Origin: a bacterium
GTDB lineage: Bacteria; AUK180
Length of the DNA stretch: 64,000 nt
Direction of reading: 5' to 3'
Assembly (NCBI GenBank): GCA_023144005.1
Contig: JAGLGN010000006.1
Location: 1,841 to 65,840, forward strand
Positions 49,032 to 59,526 of this stretch are shown one piece after another; the first letter of the stretch is position 1, and every line of letters begins with the position of its first letter. A program made the position numbers and the translations under genes. The notes under the pieces are model-generated. The model ran no database searches and was not told the DNA's origin. It worked only from the letters and a program-made list of their open reading frames with translations.

Positions 49032-50699
49032 TCAAGTCCTTTTAAACATTTTTTCGAGATCTTTTGAGGATAATTTTATAAGCGTCGGACGGCCGTGAGG
49101 GCATTGATACGGGTTTTCACAAAGGCAGAGGTCCTTCAATATTTCAGAAATGAGATCAAAGGACAGATTGTCGCCTGCCTTGACGGCGGATTTACACGCA
49201 AGATCCTTTACCCAGTCCATGAATGAAAAGTTCTCCTCTTCCAATGACTCAAGCAATGTTCCGATGCCGTCAAGAGGGAATCTTAATGCCAGCCATGGAG
49301 GGACCGCGATTATCCGGTCACCGTCATCAGAGATATCAAATCCCGCATTCCTCAGAAATTTGATGTGATGGTCCGCCAGAACACGGTCAAGCTCGAAAGG
49401 GATCAGGAGTTCCTGTGACAATTTCACCGAACGCTTCATTTCTTTGCTGATCTTCTCAAAAAGGACACGCTCATCAGCGGCATGCTGATCCATCAGGTAT
49501 AATTCATCCTGCCCCTTGAAAATAAGGTAGGTGTCCTTTATTCTGCCGATAAAACTGACATGGGCACCGAATAATTCCAGTCGCTGATGCGTTATGTGAA
49601 CAGGTGTCTGGCCGTTAATTTCAGAAAGCGAACCACTGAAGTCCAAGGAAGATTGGACTGACCCGGGGGAAGTACTTGAAAAAGATGCAGTGCTCTCCGG
49701 TGTAAATACCTCAACTTCATCCTTCAATACAGAAGATACTCCGTAGAAGATCAGATCTCTTACCAGCGCGGCCGCAAGAAAGCGGACCTCTGTTTTTCTC
49801 GGATGTACATTTACATCCACATGAGATGCGGGTACGGTCAGATTTATTATACCTACCGGGAAAGTGCCTTTCATCATATAAGGTTCGTAAGCAGAAGTAA
49901 GGTAATAGATCAACTTCTGATCTCTTAACATCCGGCCGTTCATACTTACATAAAGCCGTTTCTTGTTCTTTCTGAATATTCTCGGTTTTGAAACAACTCC
50001 CGTGAGCGACATTCCCTGCTCTCCTTCATGCCTGATTTCCAGAAGGTCCTTTCCCGTAATATCCTTAAAGAGCAATGCGAGACGCTCGGCAAGAGAACTT
50101 GGAGGGAATGACCATTTCTCTACTCCCTCATTGAAAAATCTGAATCTGATCTCAGGATACATCAGCGCGAAACTGTAAAAATGATCCAGAATTTCCAGGT
50201 ATTCGCTTCTTGAGGATTTTAGGAATTTTTTTCTGCCGGGAACATTAAAAAAAAGTTCTTTCACGGAAATATTTGTTCCCGACGGGCCGCCTCTTTCGTG
50301 TTGATCAATGATATTTCCCCCATCCATCTCGATATAATTGCCGCTTTCCGAGGAAGGGGTTTTTGAAAAAATACCGATGCGTGAAACCGAGGCTATGCTG
50401 GGAAGGGCTTCGCCTCGAAATCCGAGAGTATGGATCGCATCGAGGTCTTCAAGGCTCTTTATCTTACTTGTGGCATAACGCGTAAATGCCGAATTCATAT
50501 CGTCAGGCACCATGCCTTCGCCATTATCCACAACACGGATAAGCCGGGTGCCGCCTTCTTCAATATGTATAGAAATACTGTCGGCACCGGCATCAATGCT
50601 GTTTTCCAGCAATTCCTTCAGAACAGAGGCGGGGCGTTCTACGACCTCACCCGCGGCGATCTTATTAATTAAAGCCGCTTCAAGTTTCTTTATCTTCAT
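49032..50699 (-). CDS. mutL: DNA mismatch repair endonuclease MutL
   Basis: True start MKIKKL at 50699; IAAGEVVERP, GFRGEAL, DQHAADER and CPHGRP motifs. Confidence 0.96.
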   Translation of the reverse strand: MKIKKLEAALINKIAAGEVVERPASVLKELLENSIDAGADSISIHIEEGGTRLIRVVDNGEGMVPDDMNSAFTRYATSKIKSLEDLDAIHTLGFRGEALPSIASVSRIGIFSKTPSSESGNYIEMDGGNIIDQHERGGPSGTNISVKELFFNVPGRKKFLKSSRSEYLEILDHFYSFALMYPEIRFRFFNEGVEKWSFPPSSLAERLALLFKDITGKDLLEIRHEGEQGMSLTGVVSKPRIFRKNKKRLYVSMNGRMLRDQKLIYYLTSAYEPYMMKGTFPVGIINLTVPASHVDVNVHPRKTEVRFLAAALVRDLIFYGVSSVLKDEVEVFTPESTASFSSTSPGSVQSSLDFSGSLSEINGQTPVHITHQRLELFGAHVSFIGRIKDTYLIFKGQDELYLMDQHAADERVLFEKISKEMKRSVKLSQELLIPFELDRVLADHHIKFLRNAGFDISDDGDRIIAVPPWLALRFPLDGIGTLLESLEEENFSFMDWVKDLACKSAVKAGDNLSFDLISEILKDLCLCENPYQCPHGRPTLIKLSSKDLEKMFKRT

Positions 50700-51970
50700 C
50701 ACATCGTAATGCCGAAGAGATACTTGAAATCCTCCTCTCTGAATCGTATTGAAAGGCCGAATTTCACGGCAGGAGAATGTATGAGGTCGTCGAAGGTCAG
50801 ATTGATCCCCGCCCATTTGATATACTGCCGGAAAGATATTCTGAGATTGAGGGCATTGAAACCCTGATCCCAATGGAAGGTCTCCAGCCGTAAACGGCTC
50901 CGTTCGGTGAAATTATACCCGAGTCCGATCGCGGGGGTTTCCTCGGTTATTCCCGCGGAAATAACAAATCTGTTCAATACTACATTCAGAGTGGCGTTGA
51001 GTTTCGCGTCACCGCTGCCTATTTTCGAAATTCCGAATGAGTAAAATCTGTTCTTAGCGGGATAAAATTCAAAATTAAGGTTACCGTCAAAGGCGGAAAG
51101 CGCACGATCCGACACAAGGTCGCCATACCACCAGAACTGCAGCTCCTTTCCTTTTGCCAAAGCGGTTTCCAATTCTTCAGATAAGGATGTAAGCCGCTTA
51201 TGAAGCTTGTCATCATTCAGTAGTTTACCGAGAGTGCCTTCTCCTTTGTTCAATTTTTCAATGGCGGGAAGCGTCTCATCCATTACCAGATTGAACTTCT
51301 TTCCCGCAATATTCAGATTATCTATGGCATCGTCAATATTGGGATTGTCCAGGAGTTTATTGAATTTGGAAAGCATTGATTTCGCGTTACTTATCATATC
51401 AACTATATCATCCGTTGATCCCTCAAGGGGCTTTACGAGCCGGTCGATTTGAGCAAAGGCTTTATCCATGCCCTTATTCAAACCATCCAGCGACTCATTT
51501 ATCAGCATAATGGTTTCTTCAAATTTGCCCAGTTTCAGAGAAAAATCGTTCAGATTGAAGATAAGATCTCCCATAGACACCGCGTCTCTTCCTGTAAGTA
51601 TGAGGCCTTTCGCGTTTTCCTCATGATAGCCCGCGGAGGGATCGCCGATGGTGATCTCCACATACGCCTCACCGATAATGCCGAGTGAATTTATATATAT
51701 CAACGCCTCTTTATTGATCCTTATTCCTCTTTGTATCTCCATAAGGACTCTGGGATGCGCGTCGTGTATATAGACCTTGGCGACCGAACCGATCTTTACG
51801 CCGGAAAGCCGGACAGGAGTTCCGGAATCCAGGCCGCCCACATATGAAAAGTCCACTAAAACCTTGTAATTTCGCTTCTTTATCTGATAATTGGATATGG
51901 TAATAATAAACCATGCCATTACGATAATCACGAATGTCGCGAACAATCCTATTTTTATCTCTTTTCCCAT
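50699..51970 (-). CDS. mlaD: MlaD/MCE protein with helical linker and beta-rich C-terminal domain
   Basis: N-terminal TM; GGL..GTPV.LSGVKIG.V; GIIGE.YV; GEGTLGKLLND. Confidence 0.88.
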   Translation of the reverse strand: MGKEIKIGLFATFVIIVMAWFIITISNYQIKKRNYKVLVDFSYVGGLDSGTPVRLSGVKIGSVAKVYIHDAHPRVLMEIQRGIRINKEALIYINSLGIIGEAYVEITIGDPSAGYHEENAKGLILTGRDAVSMGDLIFNLNDFSLKLGKFEETIMLINESLDGLNKGMDKAFAQIDRLVKPLEGSTDDIVDMISNAKSMLSKFNKLLDNPNIDDAIDNLNIAGKKFNLVMDETLPAIEKLNKGEGTLGKLLNDDKLHKRLTSLSEELETALAKGKELQFWWYGDLVSDRALSAFDGNLNFEFYPAKNRFYSFGISKIGSGDAKLNATLNVVLNRFVISAGITEETPAIGLGYNFTERSRLRLETFHWDQGFNALNLRISFRQYIKWAGINLTFDDLIHSPAVKFGLSIRFREEDFKYLFGITM

Positions 51971-52737
51971 TATACTGTTTCCTCCAGGAACACCTCGATC
52001 GGGCCTTTGGTGCTTCCTTCAATGAACTGCTTCAAATATTTATTCTTGCTGTTTTTAATATCTTCTGCTTCCTCCAATGCGACAAGCTTCCCTCTGTACA
52101 GAAGGCCCAGCCGGTCAGATATCTCCAGAGAGGTCTTGATGCTATGGCTGACTATTATTGAAGTTATTTTATTCTTTTTGTTCAAATCCCGGATCAGACG
52201 GATAATGACCGCTGCAGTAATGGGGTCCAAGCCAGTGATCGGCTCATCATAAAAGAGCAGGGCAGGGTTCAAAGCGATCGTCCGTGCAAGGGCCACCCTT
52301 TTCTGCATTCCTCCCGATAATTCAGAAGGATAAAGCTCCTCAATACCCTTCAAGCCAACTTCCATAAGGAGTTTATACACCCGCTCCACTTTCTCCTCAT
52401 GCGGAATATTTAAATGCTCAGTAAGCAGAAAGGAAACATTTTCAAAGACATTCAAAGAATCAAAAAGAGCGCCGTTCTGAAAGAGCATTCCCATTTCTTT
52501 GCGTATTTCTATCCAGGCCTGATCGGATGCATGCGTTATCTCTTCGCCTTGAAAAATGATGCGTCCTTTGTCCGGTTTCAACAGCCCGAGCACCAGTTTT
52601 AAAAACACCGATTTACCGGTGCCGCTCTGGCCCATCAGCGTGAATATCTCATTTTTCTCGAACGAGAGATTGATATCATCTATCACCTTGAATTTCTTAA
52701 AGGCCTTACTAAGGTTCTCTACTCTTAATATTTCCAT
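51970..52737 (-). CDS. mlaF: MlaF ABC ATPase
   Basis: GQSGTGKS, FQNGALFDS, LSGGMQKRV and YDEP motifs. Confidence 0.92.
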   Translation of the reverse strand: MEILRVENLSKAFKKFKVIDDINLSFEKNEIFTLMGQSGTGKSVFLKLVLGLLKPDKGRIIFQGEEITHASDQAWIEIRKEMGMLFQNGALFDSLNVFENVSFLLTEHLNIPHEEKVERVYKLLMEVGLKGIEELYPSELSGGMQKRVALARTIALNPALLFYDEPITGLDPITAAVIIRLIRDLNKKNKITSIIVSHSIKTSLEISDRLGLLYRGKLVALEEAEDIKNSKNKYLKQFIEGSTKGPIEVFLEETV

Positions 52738-52738
52738 A

Positions 52739-53506
52739 TTACCATATTATCAGATTCAATACATAATCAGCCGCAAGAATAAGGATCATGGAAATAACTA
52801 CTGATTCCATTGTAGCCTTTCCAACGCCCTTGGAGCCGCCTTTAACATAAAAACCACGCCAGCAACCGATTATCGAGATTATCATCCCGAAAAAAATTCC
52901 CTTGCCGGCAGAGGCAAAGAAATCCTTTAATTCAATATACTTAAGGGTTTCGGCGATAAACGTCGCCTTGTTCAGATCAAGCAATGTGGTGCCGACTAAG
53001 TATCCGCCAAGAATTCCAACAAAATTAGCCATTACAACAATACCGAACATTGCAAGAGATGTAGCGATCAATCGGGGTACGGACAGATATTGAACCGGAT
53101 TTATCCCCATGATGGTAATAGCGTCAAGCTGATTTGTGACCTTCATTGTCCCTATCTCCGCCGTGATCGCGGCACCCACTCGGCCGGCCATAACCAAACC
53201 CGACAGGATCGGGGCAAGCTCCCTGATAAGTGTAAGACCCAGAGAGCGGGGACACAAAGGCTCCAGATCAAATTCCTTCAAAGAGAAATACAATTGCACG
53301 ATGAAGATCATACCGGTGAAGGCAGATGTGAGCAGGGCGACCGGCAAGGTCTGTATCCCTATTTTTTCCATCTGTTCGACCACTAATTGTCTTCGGAAAG
53401 GTTTCTTAAATAACCATTTGAAGGTATCTGCGGTGAATAATGTGATATTCCCTACCTGCTCAAAAAGATTGAAGAATCTTTCGTAAAATAACTTTAGTAT
53501 CCCCAT
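52739..53506 (-). CDS. mlaE: MlaE ABC permease
   Basis: RELAP..AGRVGAAITAEIGTMKV. Confidence 0.94.
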   Translation of the reverse strand: MGILKLFYERFFNLFEQVGNITLFTADTFKWLFKKPFRRQLVVEQMEKIGIQTLPVALLTSAFTGMIFIVQLYFSLKEFDLEPLCPRSLGLTLIRELAPILSGLVMAGRVGAAITAEIGTMKVTNQLDAITIMGINPVQYLSVPRLIATSLAMFGIVVMANFVGILGGYLVGTTLLDLNKATFIAETLKYIELKDFFASAGKGIFFGMIISIIGCWRGFYVKGGSKGVGKATMESVVISMILILAADYVLNLIIW

Positions 53507-53509
53507 ATA

Positions 53510-54931
53510 TTACCAATTACTGTCGGTTTCTTCGAAAGTGAATCTGGATTTGAAAAAGATGAACGGCACGATGCCCGTTGCTCCATTACGATTCTTGGCA
53601 ATGGAAACATTTATCCTCGCTTCAGGATTTGAAAGATAATCAGTAAGCGCGGCCTCGCCGGGTTTTCCTGCTGTCTGATCCTCCGCGGGATAGAGGAACA
53701 TAACGACATCCGCATCCTGTTCAAGAGCCCCCGAATCCCTTAGATCGGAAAGTTTGGGAGATTTATCCTTTCTATCGTATTGCTCAATGCTTCTTGAAAG
53801 CTGCGATAAAACAAATAGCGAGACCTTCTCCTCTGAGGCCAGCTCCTTAAGGCTCCGTGAAATATCAGTTGTCTCCCTCAATTTAGTGTCCCTTACCGCT
53901 GATTTAATGAACTGCAAATAATCAATGAACACAACCTCGACACCCTTTTCCTTTACATATCTTCTGGTGATATTTTTCATATCATTTATATCCAGTTTGG
54001 AATCATCTATAATATTTATGCGATCGGCATAATTTCCGATGGTCTCTATCGCATGATTGATGACATCGGCGGTATCATCACCGTACCTGTCGTTAAGAGC
54101 AATAATATCTCCGGACATGGCAGGCATAAATGATATTTCCAATGTCATGGACAGGAATCTCGCGATGATCTGTTCGACCGGCTGCTCTAATGAAAAGAAA
54201 AGGATATTTTTCCCCTCCATCGCCATATTGCGCATAAGATTTAGCGCGAATGAGGTTTTTCCCACTGATGCACGGGCTCCCAGAATATTGTATGATCCCG
54301 GATACAGGCCGCCGCCTACCTTCTTGTCCAATTTTTGAAATCCTGAATGAACGATATTAGGTTTAAAAGAACCGCTTTCGATCTTTGAAACGATATCATT
54401 TTTAAAATCGATCAATTTATTTTGTAGATTATATTCCTCTTTCGTAGAGGAGATCGCCTGAGAGATCAAATTAAAATTACTGAAGAGATGGTCAATTACA
54501 GCTGTTAGTTTCTTCTCATGCAATGATTCTTCAATTATTTCCGAACATTCCTGAATAACCCTTCGAAAGAGGAATTTCTCCTTGATGATCTTGGCATATG
54601 TGTCCCAGGTACTCCCGAGAAATTGAGATTCCATGAACTCATAGATCTCTTCTTCGTTCAATTTACTCTCAAGGTCATTCTTTTTGAGCTCTTCCAGTAC
54701 ATTGATAGGATTCAGCTGCTTGCCTTCATTATGAAGGTCAATCATGCACTGATAAACGACCTTGTGTTTTTCCAAATAGAAAAAATCCGGGCTGTAAATA
54801 TGATTGATAATGTCCTTGAAAAGCTCGTTATTGATCAGGATCGAACTGAGAAGCGCCTGCTCGGCCTCTATGCTGCTGGGCACTTCTCTTGATAGTTTTA
54901 CATGACTCTTGATCTCTTTTTTCTTGGCCAT
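53510..54931 (-). CDS. dnaB: Replicative DNA helicase
   Basis: GARASVGKT, IDYLQ, SQLSR and DLRDSGALEQDAD motifs. Confidence 0.96.
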   Translation of the reverse strand: MAKKKEIKSHVKLSREVPSSIEAEQALLSSILINNELFKDIINHIYSPDFFYLEKHKVVYQCMIDLHNEGKQLNPINVLEELKKNDLESKLNEEEIYEFMESQFLGSTWDTYAKIIKEKFLFRRVIQECSEIIEESLHEKKLTAVIDHLFSNFNLISQAISSTKEEYNLQNKLIDFKNDIVSKIESGSFKPNIVHSGFQKLDKKVGGGLYPGSYNILGARASVGKTSFALNLMRNMAMEGKNILFFSLEQPVEQIIARFLSMTLEISFMPAMSGDIIALNDRYGDDTADVINHAIETIGNYADRINIIDDSKLDINDMKNITRRYVKEKGVEVVFIDYLQFIKSAVRDTKLRETTDISRSLKELASEEKVSLFVLSQLSRSIEQYDRKDKSPKLSDLRDSGALEQDADVVMFLYPAEDQTAGKPGEAALTDYLSNPEARINVSIAKNRNGATGIVPFIFFKSRFTFEETDSNW

Positions 54932-54940
54932 GGGCCCGGT

Positions 54941-55525
54941 TTATTCCTGCTCGGGAGAACCTTCTTCTAATCCTTCAACAGGAGTAGAAGGGGTTTCGGG
55001 CTGCTCAACAGCAGCTTCAGGCTCAACAGCAGCTTTAGGCTCAACCGTTTCCTCGGCTTTTGCTTCCTTGGGCTCGGGCTGATCTTCCGGATTCACAGAT
55101 ATCCTGATGGACACTTCAGTTCCGCCTTTTAATTTAATATTAACGGTGTGATCTCCGATAACCTTGATATGCTCCTCTAGAACGATCTGATCCTTATCCA
55201 GAGTAAATCCCTGCTCTGTAAGCTTTTCATGGATATCCTTCTCGGAGATCGAGCCGTAAAGCATGTTCTCATTATGTGTCTTTTCTACGAAGGATAATGA
55301 CACCTGAGAAAGAGCGGCGGAAACATTCTCAGCTTCCAGGATCTCTTTTTTTACTTGTTTATTGTATGCCGTCTTCTCCATATCCAACTTCTTGATATTT
55401 CCCTTGGAAAAGGGCAGAACAATTCCTCTGGGGATCAGGTAATTTCTTGCGTACCCGTCTTTGATGTTAATAATATCTCCCCGGTTCCCAAGATTGTCCT
55501 GGGCGATAGCAACTATTACTTTCAT
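54941..55525 (-). CDS. rplI: 50S ribosomal protein L9 with acidic tail
   Basis: [10 protein letters not shown] and LYGSI motifs. Confidence 0.96.
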   Translation of the reverse strand: MKVIVAIAQDNLGNRGDIINIKDGYARNYLIPRGIVLPFSKGNIKKLDMEKTAYNKQVKKEILEAENVSAALSQVSLSFVEKTHNENMLYGSISEKDIHEKLTEQGFTLDKDQIVLEEHIKVIGDHTVNIKLKGGTEVSIRISVNPEDQPEPKEAKAEETVEPKAAVEPEAAVEQPETPSTPVEGLEEGSPEQE

Positions 55526-55758
55526 TTCTTCATTCTCCTCAGATGGGCTGTCGAATCAAATGGCAAAAGGGCCATCTGTCTTGCTCTTTTTATTGCGACG
55601 GTAAGTTTTCTTTGATGAAAAGAACACGCGCCGGTTATCCTTCTGGGTAATATTCTTCCCTTTTCAGTAACAAAATTTCTAAGGTTGTCAACATCTTTGT
55701 AATCTATCTCTTTGACGCCCTTACTGCAAAATACACATCTTTTTCTTTTTTTCAGCAT
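55522..55758 (-). CDS. rpsR: 30S ribosomal protein S18 (Zn-type)
   Basis: CVFC..IDYKD and RRITG motifs. Confidence 0.97.
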   Translation of the reverse strand: MLKKRKRCVFCSKGVKEIDYKDVDNLRNFVTEKGRILPRRITGACSFHQRKLTVAIKRARQMALLPFDSTAHLRRMKK

Positions 55759-55772
55759 CTTATTTCTCCCTG

Positions 55773-56255
55773 TTAATCATTGCTCCAGAGGTCACTCGTG
55801 TCCTCTTCGCCTTCTTTATTGACAATCTCATTTTCATAATCGTTCGTAGCCGCGGGCGCTGAGTGATTGTCCTCCTCAGTTTTGCCGGCGGGCTCCTGGG
55901 AATTACCGTCTCTTCCTTTGCTGGTAACGAATGTTATCTTTTCCGCGGTAACATCAAGATAGTTTATGGTCTTGCCTTCATCGGTGGCCCATTGACGCGA
56001 AGTCAATCTGCCTTCGACAAAAAGGTTCGCGCCCTTTTTAATATAATTAGACAGCTGATCCGCTAATTTATTCCATGCCGTTACCCGGACAAATACCGTA
56101 TCTTCCTTTTTCACCGTTGTGTCGCCGGTATGTGAATAATATGTCCTGTTCACCGCAAGGGTAAAATTGCACACCCTGTTATTCGTAACCTCTCTCACTT
56201 CCGGGTCGGCGGTAATATTTCCGCCGAGCATAACTCTGTTAAGATAGAATGCCAT
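55773..56255 (-). CDS. ssb: Single-stranded DNA-binding protein
   Basis: LNRVML.GN..DPE and VEGRL motifs; rpsF-ssb-rpsR order. Confidence 0.95.
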   Translation of the reverse strand: MAFYLNRVMLGGNITADPEVREVTNNRVCNFTLAVNRTYYSHTGDTTVKKEDTVFVRVTAWNKLADQLSNYIKKGANLFVEGRLTSRQWATDEGKTINYLDVTAEKITFVTSKGRDGNSQEPAGKTEEDNHSAPAATNDYENEIVNKEGEEDTSDLWSND

Positions 56256-56266
56256 GAATGGTTCTC

Positions 56267-56557
56267 CTATTCCTGTACGACAGGCATATATCTCAATACA
56301 TCCTCGTCATACTTAAGAGATTCGCTCAAAATCTTATTAAAGTCAGAAGGGACCTCGTAATTAAAAACGAAGTAGTATCCCGAACTGTTCTTCTTAATAG
56401 CATAAGCAAGGTTTCGCTTGAAGTATTTTGGTTCTTCTTTGATCTTGCCTTTATTCTCTGTTACCAGAGTATTTATCCTTTCAATAAATTTCTTGACCTC
56501 TTCTTCGGTCAATGTAGGTCTAAGGATGAACATTGTTTCATATTTCCTCAGTTCCAT
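56267..56557 (-). CDS. rpsF: 30S ribosomal protein S6
   Basis: YETMFILRP and LAYAIKK..GYY motifs. Confidence 0.96.
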   Translation of the reverse strand: MELRKYETMFILRPTLTEEEVKKFIERINTLVTENKGKIKEEPKYFKRNLAYAIKKNSSGYYFVFNYEVPSDFNKILSESLKYDEDVLRYMPVVQE

Positions 56558-56566
56558 TAAAGCCTC

Positions 56567-57199
56567 CTAAACATTTGTATCAATTTCTTGACTCGTTTCA
56601 CTTTCCAATTTTCTATTAAAGATCGTCTGCGCAGTCGGAACCCCTTTAGCCGCAAGGGCATGGACTGCGGAAACGGCCTGCTTCAATCCCTTATCAAAGA
56701 TATCTTTCTCTTCTTCCGAGAACGGCTCCAAAACATAATCGGCAGGGTCACCGGTTGCGGATTTTGAGATCCCTATGCGTATTCTCGCAAAATCCGAACT
56801 GCCCAATTCAGAGGAAACGGACAGTATGCCCTTGTGCCCTCCGGCACCTCCCCCGAATTTCACCTTGATCTCGCCGAGAGGGATGTCCATATCATCGTGG
56901 CAGACTACTAATTCCGTTAATGGAATGCTCATCCTTTCCACGAGACATTTCACTGCTTTACCGCTCAGATTCATATAGGTCATGGGCTTGAAAAAACCTG
57001 AAAGCTTACCTGCGGAGCTGTAAAATTCACCGCGGCAGATCTTCTTTGATCTCTTTGCTTCGGTCAAAGCATAGTTCTCTCCAGCAAGGCGCACATTTGA
57101 TCTATTTACTCTGACCATTGAATCGACCAGCATAAATCCCGCATTATGGCGGGTTTTGCTGTATTCAGGACCGGGATTGCCCAAGCCTATAACCAACAC
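56567..57199 (-). CDS. pth: Peptidyl-tRNA hydrolase
   Basis: GLGNPG..TRHNAG, KPMTYMN and GGHKG motifs. Confidence 0.96.
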   Translation of the reverse strand: MLVIGLGNPGPEYSKTRHNAGFMLVDSMVRVNRSNVRLAGENYALTEAKRSKKICRGEFYSSAGKLSGFFKPMTYMNLSGKAVKCLVERMSIPLTELVVCHDDMDIPLGEIKVKFGGGAGGHKGILSVSSELGSSDFARIRIGISKSATGDPADYVLEPFSEEEKDIFDKGLKQAVSAVHALAAKGVPTAQTIFNRKLESETSQEIDTNV

Positions 57200-57862
57200 C
57201 TATTTTTCCTCTTGCGTTCCTTCGGTTTCTTCCTCGGCTCCTTCCTCAACACCTTCTTCACCTTCCAATTCTTCCTCATCAGTAGTCGGCTCAATGAGCT
57301 TCGCAGGTGTCGCTATAAGGATCACTGTTTCATCCGGGGATGAAAGCACTTCGAACTTTTCAAGATCGGCATCAATGTCCCGGACCTTAATATAATCACC
57401 CATATCAAGAGCGGTTATATCAACCATGAAATGGTCAATAAGGTCTTTCGGTAAACACTTAACATGCAGGTCTTTTGTCATCTGATCGACAATACCGCCA
57501 TGCTCAAGGCCGATCGCTTCGCCCGTCAGAACAATAGGTATCTTAACATCGATCTTCTCACCACGCTTAATGGCGAACATGTCGAAGTGAACAATATTGT
57601 GCTTATAGGTATCATATTCGACCTTCTTCAGAATGACTTCCTGCTCCGTTCCTTCAAGGTTCAGATTGATAAGACTGCTCTCCCATTCTATTCTGTTGAT
57701 GAGATTGGTAAATTCCTGCTTCTCAACAGTAACGGGGATCGCCGATTCCAGATGCCTTCCGTAGATTATTCCGGGGATCATTCCTGTTTTTCGGAGTCTT
57801 TTTACCTTTGCGGTTCCCTTGTCTGTCCTTTTTTGTGCTGCTAATTCTTTTATTATCATCAT
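57200..57862 (-). CDS. rplY: 50S ribosomal protein L25/Ctc
   Basis: LRKTG.IPGIIYG and HFD motifs; prs-rplY-pth order. Confidence 0.95.
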   Translation of the reverse strand: MMIIKELAAQKRTDKGTAKVKRLRKTGMIPGIIYGRHLESAIPVTVEKQEFTNLINRIEWESSLINLNLEGTEQEVILKKVEYDTYKHNIVHFDMFAIKRGEKIDVKIPIVLTGEAIGLEHGGIVDQMTKDLHVKCLPKDLIDHFMVDITALDMGDYIKVRDIDADLEKFEVLSSPDETVILIATPAKLIEPTTDEEELEGEEGVEEGAEEETEGTQEEK

Positions 57863-57881
57863 GCACTCCTATACTTTATAT

Positions 57882-58817
57882 CTATACGAAGAGAGAACTC
57901 ACGGAAGTATTTGTATGTATTCTCAATATTGCTTCACCTATTAGTGATGAAACATTGAATACCTTCAATTTCCGTGAGCTTTTCTTCTGTTCAATTGAAT
58001 TGGTAATGGCAATTTCAAGTATGTTGCTTGCATCCAATTTTTCAACGGCGTTCTTGGAGAGTACCCCATGAACTCCTACAACCCTGACCGCCTTGGCACC
58101 AGCTGCCAGCAAGGCATCGGATGAGTTGATCACCGTACCGCATGTATCGAGGATATCATCGTATATTACAAGACTTTTGTCTTTGACATCGCCTATGACA
58201 TTCAATACCTCACTATGATTGGGGCTGTGCCTTCTTTTATCGATTATTACGATACTCTTTTTCATTCTTTTCGCGATGGCTCGAGTACGCGCCACCCCGC
58301 CGGTGTCTGGAGATACCATCAGGTCAAAATCTATTTTACTGAGATAATTATCTATAAATACAGGGGCGGCATAAAGATGGTCGACCGGTATATTGAAATA
58401 ACCCTGTATCTGATCAACATGAAGGTCCATCGTAATAATTCTCTGCGCGCCGGCTGCGGTAAGCAGGTCAGCGACCAATTTAGCGGTAATGGGCACCCTC
58501 GGCTGGTCTTTTCTGTCCTGCCTTGCATATCCGTAATAGGGCATCACCGCGGTGATACGGCCGGCGGAGGCGCGCTTTAAGGCATCTATGATAATAAGAA
58601 GCTCCATCAGATTACTGTTCACATCTGAAGAAGTAGGCTGTACGATGAAACAATCCATTCCCCTGACATTGTCCTTGATCTTGACAAAGGTTTCTCCATC
58701 GGAAAAATGACGGATCTCGATCGGAGCAAGTTCTATATCAAGATACGAACAGATATCGCTTGTTAGCGGCTGATTGGCATTTCCGCCAAATACTCTGAGT
58801 TCTTTACTATTATACAT
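57882..58817 (-). CDS. prs: Ribose-phosphate pyrophosphokinase
   Basis: FSDGE, PYYGYARQDRK and SPDTGG motifs. Confidence 0.98.
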   Translation of the reverse strand: MYNSKELRVFGGNANQPLTSDICSYLDIELAPIEIRHFSDGETFVKIKDNVRGMDCFIVQPTSSDVNSNLMELLIIIDALKRASAGRITAVMPYYGYARQDRKDQPRVPITAKLVADLLTAAGAQRIITMDLHVDQIQGYFNIPVDHLYAAPVFIDNYLSKIDFDLMVSPDTGGVARTRAIAKRMKKSIVIIDKRRHSPNHSEVLNVIGDVKDKSLVIYDDILDTCGTVINSSDALLAAGAKAVRVVGVHGVLSKNAVEKLDASNILEIAITNSIEQKKSSRKLKVFNVSSLIGEAILRIHTNTSVSSLFV

Positions 58818-59526
58818 ACTTCTCCAATTCCTTCAACTGCTCTGGGGTATTCACTCCCATAAGCTGCCAATTATCAGGAAACACATGGGCTGCTACCCGT
58901 TTTCCTTTACCATTCAATACCGAAACAATATCGGTGAGATAATACTCTTTCTGAGCATTATCATTCCCTATACTTGAAAGTCCATCTTTCAAGTCGGGAA
59001 CATCAAGCAGATAAACACCTCCGTTAACAAGGCGAACACTGCGAATATTTTCATCGGCGTCGCGTTCCTCAACAATGCGCTCCAAAAGGCCATTGTTCAC
59101 CAACGCTCTACCATAACCCATCGGGTCATCAAGCCGTAATAAACCTACGGTGAGATCACTGTTCATGTTCTTGTGGGTCTCACCCAGCTCCTCAAGGCTC
59201 TTTCTTTTCAGCAGAGGCGTATCCCCGTTAAGAATGTACACCTCTGAGTTCTCTGTCAGCATAGGCAGGGCCATCATAACCGCATGCCCGGTACCCAGCT
59301 GCTCCTTCTGCTCGGTGAATTCTACATTGGGGAATTCAGACAAAACCTCTTCTTTTACCAGCTCACCCTTAAATCCCACAACCACAATGATCCTCTGAAA
59401 AAAAACCTCAACGGAATGCATCAGATGAGAAATAAGTGTGCGGCCGTTAAGCTCCGCCAATACTTTCGGGGAGTTACCTCCCATTCTTTTGCCGAGGCCT
59501 GCGGCCAATATCACTGCTGTCTTCAT
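58810..59526 (-). CDS. glmU: GlmU-like uridylyltransferase, N-terminal domain only
   Basis: True start MKTAVILAAGLGKRM at 59526; QLGTGHAV, GDTPL, GYGR and EYYLTD motifs; ends before the left-handed beta-helix. Confidence 0.85.
   Translation of the reverse strand: MKTAVILAAGLGKRMGGNSPKVLAELNGRTLISHLMHSVEVFFQRIIVVVGFKGELVKEEVLSEFPNVEFTEQKEQLGTGHAVMMALPMLTENSEVYILNGDTPLLKRKSLEELGETHKNMNSDLTVGLLRLDDPMGYGRALVNNGLLERIVEERDADENIRSVRLVNGGVYLLDVPDLKDGLSSIGNDNAQKEYYLTDIVSVLNGKGKRVAAHVFPDNWQLMGVNTPEQLKELEKYV

Noticed and set aside
53510..54931. Intein in DnaB
   Set aside because: Normal length with contiguous motifs.
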